A DNA stretch of 64,000 bases. Origin: a virus (lineage: Duplodnaviria > Heunggongvirae > Uroviricota > Caudoviricetes). Each line of letters begins with the position of its first letter. Within the stretch, counting starts at the first letter, position 1. The notes beneath the pieces are model-generated. The model ran no database searches and was not told where the DNA came from. It saw only the letters and a list, made by a program, of their open reading frames with translations. The stretch is from IMG/VR virus record IMGVR_UViG_3300018878_000133, positions 1-64,000 of that record, one strand, 5' to 3'. A program made the translations under genes and the position numbers. Positions 1 to 7,857 of this stretch are shown in pieces.

Positions 1-369
1 AAAGTTCGTGAGGCAGTTTATAATAAATATGACGGGCATTGTGCATATTGTGGTAAGAAAATTGAATATAAAGATATGCAAGTAGATCATCTTATTCCAG
101 TCCAAAGAGAACGGTTTGGTAGCTATACAGAAGAACAAATTGAGTGCTTTGAAAACTATATGCCTGCATGTCGTAGGGATAATCACTACAAACGTTCCCA
201 TTCATTAGAAGTATTTAGAAAAATGATTGAAGAAATACCAAGTAAGCTTTTTCGTGATAATTACATATATAAGGTTGGTTTAGACTATGGCTTAGTCGAG
301 GCTCATGAACATAAAATTAAATTTTATTTTGAGCAAGTAGAAGAATTAACTAAATCAGATAATAAATAA
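1..369 (+). CDS. HNH endonuclease (5'-truncated at window edge)
   Basis: Frame is open from nt 1. 'HCAYCGKK...DHLIPVQ...CRRDNHYKRSH' gives Cys pair, His-His and Asn/His spacing typical of HNH nucleases. Confidence 0.6.
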   Translation, partial: KVREAVYNKYDGHCAYCGKKIEYKDMQVDHLIPVQRERFGSYTEEQIECFENYMPACRRDNHYKRSHSLEVFRKMIEEIPSKLFRDNYIYKVGLDYGLVEAHEHKIKFYFEQVEELTKSDNK

Positions 370-414
370 ACGCTAAATTAATCGATAAGTTTTATTGAAA
401 GGAATAAATTATTT

Positions 415-2268
415 ATGAATATGTTCCGAGCGTTTATGGAACTGGATGCGCTTAATGAATCTTTTGGTGATCGTCAAGACCTCATAAATAAAATTGAAGC
501 TTCTGGCAGAAGCTATAATTTCGATAAATATTCTGATGCACAGTTATATAGAATGTGGCAAAGAATTCAGGATGAGGATAACCAAGAACGAGAGTATTAT
601 GAAATGACACGTGAACCTGAACAGGACGTAGAAGTTAGTTTTTGTGACTACTGCGGTTTAGAACTAAATCCATTAGGCCAGTGTCCAGAGTGTGATCTTG
701 GTGATCGATTAGATGAAGATGTTAAATACTGTTGGTTTGGATACTACTTAGACCGTAAAAATAATAAAAAGTTTATATATGCTTTCAAAGACAATACTTC
801 TCTTGATGCAGACGAAGCCGCAGATATGCTAGAAGATATGATTCCAGAGCCTTATACTAAGTTTGTATTTAGAGGAAGCATTGATAGTTTTCTTGCAGAA
901 AAAGAGGGTTACGCCTTAGTAGAAAACCTTTTAGAGTGGAAGTTAAGCGATGGTTCTTCTATTAGTAAAACTTCCGTAGCTACGAGTGCTCCATCTGCCA
1001 CTACTGCTAAGGCTGTATCTGCTACACAACAAGTACAAAAGCAAGCTGCTTCTGCTGGTAAATATATTGTAACGATAGTAGATGACGGTCATAAGCTAAG
1101 AGCGAGAGCTGACGATGGTGTGCACGGTGAAGCAAATGTAGCTTTTCCTAATAATCTAAGAAACCACGAAGGTCAGCAATATGAGGTAGAAATCCTAACT
1201 TGGAATGGAAAGAATTATCGTGCCTCAGGAGAAATTAATCCAGTAAATAGTGTATCTAATACACAAAATATAAATGAAAAAATTAATAAGGAGAATAACA
1301 AAATGAATTTTTTTGAGACCCTAGACGAGCTTAATAAGCTTTATGAAGCTACAAACGAAGAAGCGCTAGCAGACGAAGTTGCTGCTGAAGAAGAAATTCC
1401 TGTAGAAGATGTCGTTGATGATGAGGTCGTTAAAGAAGAGCCTGAAGTAGACGAGCCTAAGAAAGTTATTTTAGAGTGCTCTAAGTGCGGTGCTCTCGTA
1501 ATCAAGGATGAGTCCGATGTAAAAGCAGACGAAGAATCTGATTTAGTAAATGTTGATGAAGCTTGCGCTTTCTGTGAAGAAACTGCTGGTTATGCTATTG
1601 TAGGTGCTATGGTTCCTTATAAGGCAGCAGAAGAGATTGAAGAAGGCCTTTTTGGCAAGAAAATTGAAAAGACTGTTACTGCTGATAAGGTAAAAAAGGG
1701 AGATAAGATTTTAGCTGTAGGCGGTAGAAAAGAGCAGTATCCAGGTAGGGTTCAAAGCGTTTCAAATCGTGCTAGCGGTGGTGGTGTGGATATTTTCCAC
1801 AGTAATGGCAGCATGTCGCTTGCAAATGATACAGAAGTTCGTGTTTTAACTAAAGAATCTTTAGAAGAGGAAGTATCTCTTACTGAAGGTAAGCTTAAAG
1901 ATAGCCTAAAAAAGGTTGCTACTAGACTTGGCGCCGATGGTGCAACTGTTATAAGAGCCTTTGGTGAGCTAATTTCTAATATTTTACCTGAAAAACAGGG
2001 TGATGCTCTTTATGATGCTGTTGAGAATATGGAAAACAAAGCAACTCTCAAGGCACTTATGAATGGTAATGAAAAAGTTCTTAACACTCTTACTGTTGAG
2101 GATATTGATGAGCTAAAACAGGATATCGAAGAATACGCCAAAACCAAGGCCGCTAAGAAAGCTGGAAAAGCTGATGATAGTGAAAACCTTGATGAGATTT
2201 TAGATGTAAATTTAGATCTTGATGCTAGAGGTTTTGGCGGTAAAGGAAACGATGTTTCTGTTCTATAA
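415..2268 (+). CDS. hypothetical acidic protein with two CxxC...CxxC zinc-ribbon-like pairs
   Basis: 617-aa ORF with RBS-like AGGAATAAAT upstream. 'CDYCG...CPEC' and 'CSKCG...CAFCEE' motifs; very acidic; rho-independent terminator follows. Confidence 0.55.
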   Translation: MNMFRAFMELDALNESFGDRQDLINKIEASGRSYNFDKYSDAQLYRMWQRIQDEDNQEREYYEMTREPEQDVEVSFCDYCGLELNPLGQCPECDLGDRLDEDVKYCWFGYYLDRKNNKKFIYAFKDNTSLDADEAADMLEDMIPEPYTKFVFRGSIDSFLAEKEGYALVENLLEWKLSDGSSISKTSVATSAPSATTAKAVSATQQVQKQAASAGKYIVTIVDDGHKLRARADDGVHGEANVAFPNNLRNHEGQQYEVEILTWNGKNYRASGEINPVNSVSNTQNINEKINKENNKMNFFETLDELNKLYEATNEEALADEVAAEEEIPVEDVVDDEVVKEEPEVDEPKKVILECSKCGALVIKDESDVKADEESDLVNVDEACAFCEETAGYAIVGAMVPYKAAEEIEEGLFGKKIEKTVTADKVKKGDKILAVGGRKEQYPGRVQSVSNRASGGGVDIFHSNGSMSLANDTEVRVLTKESLEEEVSLTEGKLKDSLKKVATRLGADGATVIRAFGELISNILPEKQGDALYDAVENMENKATLKALMNGNEKVLNTLTVEDIDELKQDIEEYAKTKAAKKAGKADDSENLDEILDVNLDLDARGFGGKGNDVSVL

Positions 2269-2292
2269 TTTTTAATAAGATAAATTAATTAA

Positions 2293-2326
2293 TAAAGACT
2301 GGTTTTGTGCCAGTCTTTATTTTTTT
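2293..2326 (+). terminator. rho-independent terminator
   Basis: AAGACTGG-ttttgtg-CCAGTCTT hairpin followed by T7 run. Confidence 0.7.
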
Positions 2327-2408
2327 ACTAAATAATTAATTTTAGTATAAAACCGTTTAGTAAGCTATTGTATATTATAATAGAATGAAAAAATGAAGGA
2401 GTCTTATT

Positions 2409-2831
2409 ATGGCTAATTATATGTTTGTATTACGTCCTACTGAGAAAGTAATAAAGACAGTATGTCCTGAGTGTACTAAACGTGGTGAAGTTTTAAATAG
2501 CTGTCAAACATGTCACGGCTCAGCTATTAAAAAGTATAATTTTACTCAGTATTATGTACAAGATAAGCCTATTCAAATTACTAATATAGATCGTGACCCT
2601 AAAAATGGGGTTTTGCGTTATTGGGAAGGCGCTTGTGATTTTTTCTATGAAACAGTTTATCCTGAACTGAACAGATATGTGCCTGAAGTGCCTCATGGTA
2701 TTCATCTTTGTCATGATACTATGCTATCTGCAAAACAAGAGTGCGAGCGAATTAATAAATACCTTGCAAGCAAAAAGCTAAAGACTAGTAGCATTGTTGA
2801 GGATGATATGTCTCATATTATGAATTTTTGA
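2409..2831 (+). CDS. small Cys-rich (zinc-finger-like) protein
   Basis: 'CPECTKRGEVLNSCQTCHGS' four-Cys cluster near N-terminus; RBS GAAGGAG 8 nt upstream. Confidence 0.5.
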   Translation: MANYMFVLRPTEKVIKTVCPECTKRGEVLNSCQTCHGSAIKKYNFTQYYVQDKPIQITNIDRDPKNGVLRYWEGACDFFYETVYPELNRYVPEVPHGIHLCHDTMLSAKQECERINKYLASKKLKTSSIVEDDMSHIMNF

Positions 2832-3021
2832 GGAGACCTAATATTGGATATTACCTATTGTAATGAAGAATGTCCAATTGGGCAAGAAGCAAGAAACAGT
2901 TTTTTAGAAAGTAATAATTCTGCTTATGATGCCGTTATCGATTTTTGGCATTTTGTAGATAATTGCTCAAAAACTTGCAAGTATAAGCAGGTAGACACAG
3001 AAAATACTAAGGAGTAAATAT

Positions 3022-3552
3022 ATGAAAGTTTGTTGTATTAGTGCAAAAGCACAACATGGTAAAGATACTGCCGCTAGTATTATTAAAGATTACTTAGAAG
3101 CTAAAGGTAATAGAGTGCTGATTACTCATTATGCTGATCTTGTAAAGTTTGTATGTACAAACTTCTTTAACTGGGATGGCCAAAAAGATGAGAAAGGTCG
3201 AACGCTTCTTCAATATGTAGGAACAGATGTGATTTCTTCACAACAGCCATCTTATTGGGTAGATTTTATTGTTGATATCCTTAAGTTTTTTGAGAATGAG
3301 TGGGATTATGTTTTGATTCCTGATTGTCGTTATCCGATTGAATTTACCCAGGTTGAAAAGAATTTTCCTACTAAGCTTCTTAGAGTTGAACGTCCTAATT
3401 TTGAAAGCGGTTTAACAGAAAAGCAGAAACAGCACGTTTCTGAAACTTCTATGGATAATTATAATTTTGATGCGATTATTCATAATGATTCAACTTTAGA
3501 TACTTTTAGAGATAGATTAATCTGGTTTACTGATACTTTTTTGTTAAATTAA
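3022..3552 (+). CDS. P-loop kinase, deoxynucleoside monophosphate kinase-like (T4 gp1-like)
   Basis: 'SAKAQHGKDT' phosphate-binding loop and 'LIPDCRYPIE' resembling the 'GKDT'/'IVPDTRQDHE' motifs of phage dNMP kinases; RBS AAGGAG. Confidence 0.5.
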   Translation: MKVCCISAKAQHGKDTAASIIKDYLEAKGNRVLITHYADLVKFVCTNFFNWDGQKDEKGRTLLQYVGTDVISSQQPSYWVDFIVDILKFFENEWDYVLIPDCRYPIEFTQVEKNFPTKLLRVERPNFESGLTEKQKQHVSETSMDNYNFDAIIHNDSTLDTFRDRLIWFTDTFLLN

Positions 3553-3564
3553 AATAACAAGTCT

Positions 3565-3594
3565 TTGACTTGATTTTAATATATAATATAAATA
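3565..3594 (+). promoter_or_regulatory. sigma70-like promoter candidate (TTGACT ... TATAAT-like)
   Basis: TTGACT at 3565-3570 followed ~17-18 nt later by ATATAA/TATAAA; precedes SPFH gene. Confidence 0.35.
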
Positions 3595-3615
3595 ATTTTT
3601 AAGGAGTTATGAAAA

Positions 3616-4506
3616 ATGGCAATTGGATTTTTTGTAGGTATTTTGTTAGCGGTCTTGGCTATTGGCTGCGGCATTGGTGTTTATTACTGCTCAGAGAATG
3701 ACATTGCGGCTGGTAAGGTAATTTGTATTATTTTAACTGTTATCTTCTGTATTAGCTTTATTGCGGTACCGTTCTCGTTTCGTACTGTGAATTCTGGCGA
3801 GATCGCTGTAGTTAAAACTTTAGGTAAGATTACAGGTACTAGAGACGCAGGCACGAATTTTGACCTTTGGATGACCACTTCTTATTCAAAGTATGATACT
3901 AAGGTGCAGAATGTAGAAATTATTACTGCTGCTTATTCTAGTGATGCACAAACTATGGATGTAGCCATGACACTTCAGTACCGAGTCGTTCCTGATAAGG
4001 TAACTGATATTGCTACTCAGTATGGTACTCTTGAGGTACTACAGGGACGTATTCAGTCTATTGTTATTGAAAAAACTAAGGCTGTACTTTCCTCACATAA
4101 AGCTATGAATATTATTGCAAATAGAGCTGCTATCTCGCCTGAGGTAGAAGCAGCAGTCAAAGCAGCTGTTGACGAGGGCTACTTTATCAGTGTAGAAGCT
4201 GTAGTGCTTACTAATATCGATTTTTCTGATTCTTTTGAAAAAGCAGTAGAGGACAAGATGGTAGCCGAACAGGCAAAGCTTAAGGCTGATTATGATAATG
4301 AGACAAAGATTGCAAAGGCAGAGGCAGATGCAAAAGCTCTTAAAATTGCTGCTGAAGCAGAAGCAGCTGCTAATAAGCTTCTTACTCAATCTCTGACTGA
4401 CCAAGTACTTGAATCTAAATTTTACGAAAAGTGGGATGGCAAGCTTCCTCAGGTTATGGGTGAAGGTTCAGCTATCCTAGATATTAGAGACGAGATTGAA
4501 GAATAA
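3616..4506 (+). CDS. SPFH/band-7 (stomatin/prohibitin-like) membrane protein
   Basis: N-terminal TM helix, then 'RTVNSGEIAVVKTLGKI...DLWMTTSYSKYDTKVQNVEIITAAYSSDAQTMDVAMTLQYRV' typical of the SPFH domain; Ala/Glu/Lys coiled-coil C-terminus. Confidence 0.75.
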   Translation: MAIGFFVGILLAVLAIGCGIGVYYCSENDIAAGKVICIILTVIFCISFIAVPFSFRTVNSGEIAVVKTLGKITGTRDAGTNFDLWMTTSYSKYDTKVQNVEIITAAYSSDAQTMDVAMTLQYRVVPDKVTDIATQYGTLEVLQGRIQSIVIEKTKAVLSSHKAMNIIANRAAISPEVEAAVKAAVDEGYFISVEAVVLTNIDFSDSFEKAVEDKMVAEQAKLKADYDNETKIAKAEADAKALKIAAEAEAAANKLLTQSLTDQVLESKFYEKWDGKLPQVMGEGSAILDIRDEIEE

Positions 4507-4521
4507 CCTTTAAATAACTAA

Positions 4522-4556
4522 AAGCCTAGGGTTAAAATATCCTAGGCTTTTATTGT
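4522..4556 (+). terminator. rho-independent terminator
   Basis: AGCCTAGG-gttaaaatat-CCTAGGCT followed by TTTTATTG. Confidence 0.65.
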
Positions 4557-4592
4557 ATTATATATTGATAAATATTAGTTAGGAGGCGTTAC

Positions 4593-5087
4593 ATGTTAAA
4601 TACTTTGTTTTCAATGACAACTCTATATTTCTTTTTAATTAGTTTAACTAACGTTATTTTATCTAGTACAAAAAGTATCTGTACTGTCAGATATGGCAGA
4701 GGTATTAATGTACTAACCAATGTTATTGCTTATTCTTTTTATACAGTAGTAGTTAAACAGACTGCCAATCTCCCTTTAGAGATTACGGTTATTGCTACAG
4801 CCATTGCTAATGCTTTAGGCGTTTGGATTAGCTATGCTATTTTGGACTTAATTCAGAAAGATAGGTTGTGGAAGATTGAAGTTGTTGTTCCAAAACATTA
4901 CGAAGTAGTTATTCACGAAACGCTTATTCATATTCCGCATGACTATATTGAGGTAGGCCCTAAGACGCTATTTAATTTTTATTGTAGCACAAAAACGGAA
5001 ACTAAAGAAGTTATAGAGCAATGTAAAAAATATCATGGAAGATTTTTTGCTGTAGAGAATAAATATAAAGGATTTGAGAGAGAATGA
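4593..5087 (+). CDS. membrane protein, possible NfeD-like partner of the SPFH protein
   Basis: Several predicted TM helices in the N-terminal half and a beta-rich soluble C-terminus; adjacent to an SPFH gene as NfeD-type genes usually are. Assignment is inference only. Confidence 0.4.
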   Translation: MLNTLFSMTTLYFFLISLTNVILSSTKSICTVRYGRGINVLTNVIAYSFYTVVVKQTANLPLEITVIATAIANALGVWISYAILDLIQKDRLWKIEVVVPKHYEVVIHETLIHIPHDYIEVGPKTLFNFYCSTKTETKEVIEQCKKYHGRFFAVENKYKGFERE

Positions 5088-5449
5088 TTTATACTACCTA
5101 TTTTGCAAAACTTAAAAAATTACCTAAAGATATTATTACTTTTTCTATTTGTGGTAAGGCTCCAGCAGGTTATAAAGGCTTTCAGTATAAGAAGTTAGCG
5201 CCTAAGTATGATTTCTTTATGGAATGGAAACGCACTGGTGATAATGATTATTATATAAAATGTTTTAAAGAGCAGGTCTTAAACAAGTTAAATGCAGATG
5301 AGGTCATATCTGAAATGATAGATCCGCATTCTGGCGTTGATATAGCTCTTGTTTGTTATGAAAAGCCTAATGATTTCTGTCATAGGCATCTAGTAGCTGA
5401 ATGGCTTAGAGAGAATGGTTACAGGTGTGAAGAATTTATATATAATTAA
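5084..5449 (+). CDS. DUF488-family protein
   Basis: C-terminal 'DFCHRHLVAEWLRENGY' matches the conserved 'E..HNHA.VL.E.L' end of DUF488; ATGA overlap with upstream gene. Confidence 0.55.
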   Translation: MIYTTYFAKLKKLPKDIITFSICGKAPAGYKGFQYKKLAPKYDFFMEWKRTGDNDYYIKCFKEQVLNKLNADEVISEMIDPHSGVDIALVCYEKPNDFCHRHLVAEWLRENGYRCEEFIYN

Positions 5450-5460
5450 AGGAGTTTTAT

Positions 5461-6321
5461 ATGAGTAATATTATTGATGGTAAGGTTGTATCAAAAGCGG
5501 TTAAGGAGCGTGTAGCCGAAGAAGTTAAACAACTAAAAGAAAAAAGAGTTTATCCTTGTTTGGCTGTTATCTTAGTTGGTGAAGACCAAGCTTCGCAGGT
5601 ATATGTAAGAAATAAGCAAAAGGCTTGTGAGGAGACGGGTATTATTTCAAGACAGTTTAATTTACCTGCGGATATTGGCCAGGAAAAGCTTATTAGACTT
5701 ATCTACGACTTAAACATTGACGAAGCAATTGATGGTATTCTTGTGCAGCTCCCCCTCCCACCTGGTTATGACGAGAAAGCTGTTTTGAACGCAGTTAGTC
5801 CATACAAAGATGTAGATGCCTTTCACCCAAAAAATGTTGGTAAAATTATGATCGGCGAATATGATTTTCTTCCTTGTACCCCCGCAGGTGTTATGGAAAT
5901 GCTTGACTACTATAATATTGAAGTAGCTGGCAAAGAGTGTGTTGTTGTAGGTAGATCTAATATTGTCGGAAAGCCAATGAGCATGCTATTGCTTCACAAA
6001 GACGGCACTGTCACAACAGCGCATTCTAAAACTAATGACTTGACAGAAGTTTGTCGTCGGGCTGACATTCTTGTGGTTGCCGTCGGCAGTCCTGGGTTTA
6101 TTACAGCAGATATGGTTAAAGACGGCGCTGTCGTTATTGATGTCGGAATTAACCGTGTAGACGGCAAGCTCTGTGGTGATGTCGATTTTGAAAATGTTTC
6201 ACGCAAAACATCATGGATTACTCCGGTACCTGGTGGTGTCGGACCTATGACAATTGCAATGCTTATGCAGAATACCGTCATCGCAGCTAAAAATCAAAAT
6301 AAGTATAAGCTATATCTGTAA
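5461..6321 (+). CDS. folD: bifunctional 5,10-methylene-tetrahydrofolate dehydrogenase/cyclohydrolase
   Basis: Full-length match to the FolD fold: 'ILVGEDQASQVYVRNK', 'DGILVQLPLPPG', 'DVDAFHP.NVG', 'GRSNIVGKPMSMLL', 'PVPGGVGPMTIAML'. Local GC is higher than the surroundings. Confidence 0.9.
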   Translation: MSNIIDGKVVSKAVKERVAEEVKQLKEKRVYPCLAVILVGEDQASQVYVRNKQKACEETGIISRQFNLPADIGQEKLIRLIYDLNIDEAIDGILVQLPLPPGYDEKAVLNAVSPYKDVDAFHPKNVGKIMIGEYDFLPCTPAGVMEMLDYYNIEVAGKECVVVGRSNIVGKPMSMLLLHKDGTVTTAHSKTNDLTEVCRRADILVVAVGSPGFITADMVKDGAVVIDVGINRVDGKLCGDVDFENVSRKTSWITPVPGGVGPMTIAMLMQNTVIAAKNQNKYKLYL

Positions 6322-6366
6322 TTTAAAATTTCTTTTGCTAAATTTAATAGCAAAGGAGATTGTAGT

Positions 6367-6552
6367 ATGTTCAATATTAATAGCAAAACTGATAAAGTTA
6401 ATTTAGATTTTAATGTAAATAAACTTATTATAAAATTAAATAAAGATACATTAGTTGACACTAGCATAGAGCCAAAAGAAATAAAAAGCAACGACCAGGA
6501 GATTCAACCAGTAACTAAACGAGTAACTGAGCCTATGTTTGAAATTTATTAG
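6367..6552 (+). CDS. small hypothetical protein
   Basis: 61-aa ORF with RBS AAGGAG 8 nt upstream; followed by a terminator. Confidence 0.35.
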   Translation: MFNINSKTDKVNLDFNVNKLIIKLNKDTLVDTSIEPKEIKSNDQEIQPVTKRVTEPMFEIY

Positions 6553-6592
6553 GGTAGATTCATTATTGAGTCTACCCTATTTTTATTTTACA
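6551..6592 (+). terminator. rho-independent terminator
   Basis: GGGTAGA-ttcattattga-GTCTACCC followed by TATTTTTATTTT. Confidence 0.65.
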
Positions 6593-6606
6593 AAAGTTAA
6601 GAAAAC

Positions 6607-6618
6607 TGCTAAATTATA
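6607..6618 (+). promoter_or_regulatory. conserved TGCTAAATTATA promoter-like motif (copy 1)
   Basis: Exact 12-mer shared with 19023, 43365 and 44496; lies 33-44 nt upstream of a start codon. Confidence 0.45.
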
Positions 6619-6650
6619 TGATACTAAAATTTTACTAGGAGGGCTTGCGC

Positions 6651-7229
6651 TTGCTAAGTTATTGTACAAATTATCTCGCCACTATGCCGGATATAACTGT
6701 ATATATGAACTGTGATACCAGACTTGCAATAAATTTACGCATGTTTGACTTGGGCGAAAATGACGAGTTTATTTTTGCCATAAAAAATTACAGCTACATA
6801 GACTCGCCATACGTATTTTTATTTCGAGCTAGAAAAACAGACATAGACGAAAACGGCGAAGTCATCTTTAAGATTACTCCTGAAGCATCTAAACACCTAA
6901 AGCCAGGAGCTTTTTATAATTTTGCCGTTTTAATTAATGCTTTTGATCCTAAAGAAGAGACAGAGTATAAAAAGTTAACTGAAAACGGAAATATTCAAAT
7001 TGAATATGGTGCTCAAGATTTACTGATAAAACCTGAACCTGGCGAGTTCCAAGGGTCTATTATTGGAGTACGTTTAGAACTTTTGGACGATATTTCTTCA
7101 ATTGATCCTGATATATATAAATGCGAAGTGCTTGGTGTTAGACTAGAGTTACTGGACGAAATTTCTTCTGTACCTCCGGCTATAAACGAAATTATTAGTA
7201 TGCGTTTAGAGCCTCTAGAAAATAACTAA
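6651..7229 (+). CDS. hypothetical protein with internal tandem repeat (start uncertain, TTG)
   Basis: Track ORF starts at TTG 6645, only 1 nt after the AGGAGGG RBS; in-frame TTG at 6651 is better spaced. C-terminus carries a 3x repeat 'IIGVRLELLDDISSIDP / VLGVRLELLDEISSVPP / IISMRLEPLE'. Confidence 0.5.
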   Translation: MLSYCTNYLATMPDITVYMNCDTRLAINLRMFDLGENDEFIFAIKNYSYIDSPYVFLFRARKTDIDENGEVIFKITPEASKHLKPGAFYNFAVLINAFDPKEETEYKKLTENGNIQIEYGAQDLLIKPEPGEFQGSIIGVRLELLDDISSIDPDIYKCEVLGVRLELLDEISSVPPAINEIISMRLEPLENN

Positions 7230-7244
7230 GGAGGTACACTCTAA

Positions 7245-7541
7245 ATGATTGAATTACGCAAACCTACACAAAAGCCAGTTGTTGTTATACGAGCAGCTAC
7301 TGGCAATGAGCTATCAAACTATGAAAAACGTAAATTAGCTAACATAGAAGATAATGCTCAAGAAAATAAAATTGAGATTATTAAGGTTAATGACCAAAGA
7401 CTTGCAATAGACCCTCTTAATAAAGAGGTTCGTATCGATCTTGGAAATCTTGCTTTTAAAAATAAAGTTGGTCCGCAAGAACTTTCTGCTGATGAACTAT
7501 TTTTTATTAAGTGTGAGCTTGATGACCAAGATTTAGTATAA
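7245..7541 (+). CDS. hypothetical protein
   Basis: 98-aa ORF with strong RBS AAGGAGG. Confidence 0.5.
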   Translation: MIELRKPTQKPVVVIRAATGNELSNYEKRKLANIEDNAQENKIEIIKVNDQRLAIDPLNKEVRIDLGNLAFKNKVGPQELSADELFFIKCELDDQDLV

Positions 7542-7570
7542 ATACACTAATTTTAAGGAGAGAATGTATT

Positions 7571-7855
7571 ATGGCAACTTATAAAGTATGGCTTACTGTA
7601 AAAGATAGCTATGGTAACATTAAGGAAATTCCTGGTGATGAGATCCATGTTGATTTAGCTACTTTGACACCGGACGAAGTTACACAGATTGAAGAAGCCC
7701 TTCCTTTGGAAGACTACTTAAGAAAAGATGAGATGGTGGTAGAATTAGACCCTCATTTTGCAAAGGATGAAGCAGTCGAAGAGGCTGTTAAACAGACTGT
7801 AAAGTATGGAGACTTTAAGTTCAAGGATACCCAATTAAAAGGGGATGGTGAATAA
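7571..7855 (+). CDS. hypothetical protein
   Basis: 94-aa ORF with RBS AAGGAG; stop overlaps next start (TAATTATG). Confidence 0.5.
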   Translation: MATYKVWLTVKDSYGNIKEIPGDEIHVDLATLTPDEVTQIEEALPLEDYLRKDEMVVELDPHFAKDEAVEEAVKQTVKYGDFKFKDTQLKGDGE

Positions 7856-7857
7856 TT

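Noticed and set aside
2520-2714. Minus-strand 64-aa ORF inside the 2409-2831 plus-strand gene. The same applies to 3684-3878, 4093-4404, 5994-6281, 6294-6491, 8683-8889, 10248-10433, 13119-13478, 13824-14015, 14906-15121, 17467-17661, 17743-17973, 18182-18439, 18292-18486, 18572-18790, 18975-19595, 20613-20834, 22059-22499, 22879-23103, 23229-23459, 23968-24168, 24933-25175, 26748-26933, 28151-28402, 28333-28626, 29256-29459, 30216-30524, 33519-33725, 34067-34366, 38018-38215, 39814-39999, 40057-40254, 40270-40500, 41253-41486, 41453-41641, 41955-42152, 42565-43005, 44042-44254, 46575-46766, 46582-46902, 60342-60587, 60825-61055 and 63791-64000.
   Set aside because: All lie antisense within longer plus-strand genes that have RBSs and recognisable domains. 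They have low-complexity Ser/Leu/Ile-rich translations typical of antisense frames in AT-rich DNA, no RBS, and the whole window is otherwise co-directional.
6645-6650. TTG start at 6645 given by the ORF track for the 194-aa protein.
   Set aside because: It lies only 1 nt after the AGGAGGG Shine-Dalgarno. The in-frame TTG at 6651 (7-nt spacing) is more plausible. An ATG at 6693 is a further alternative.
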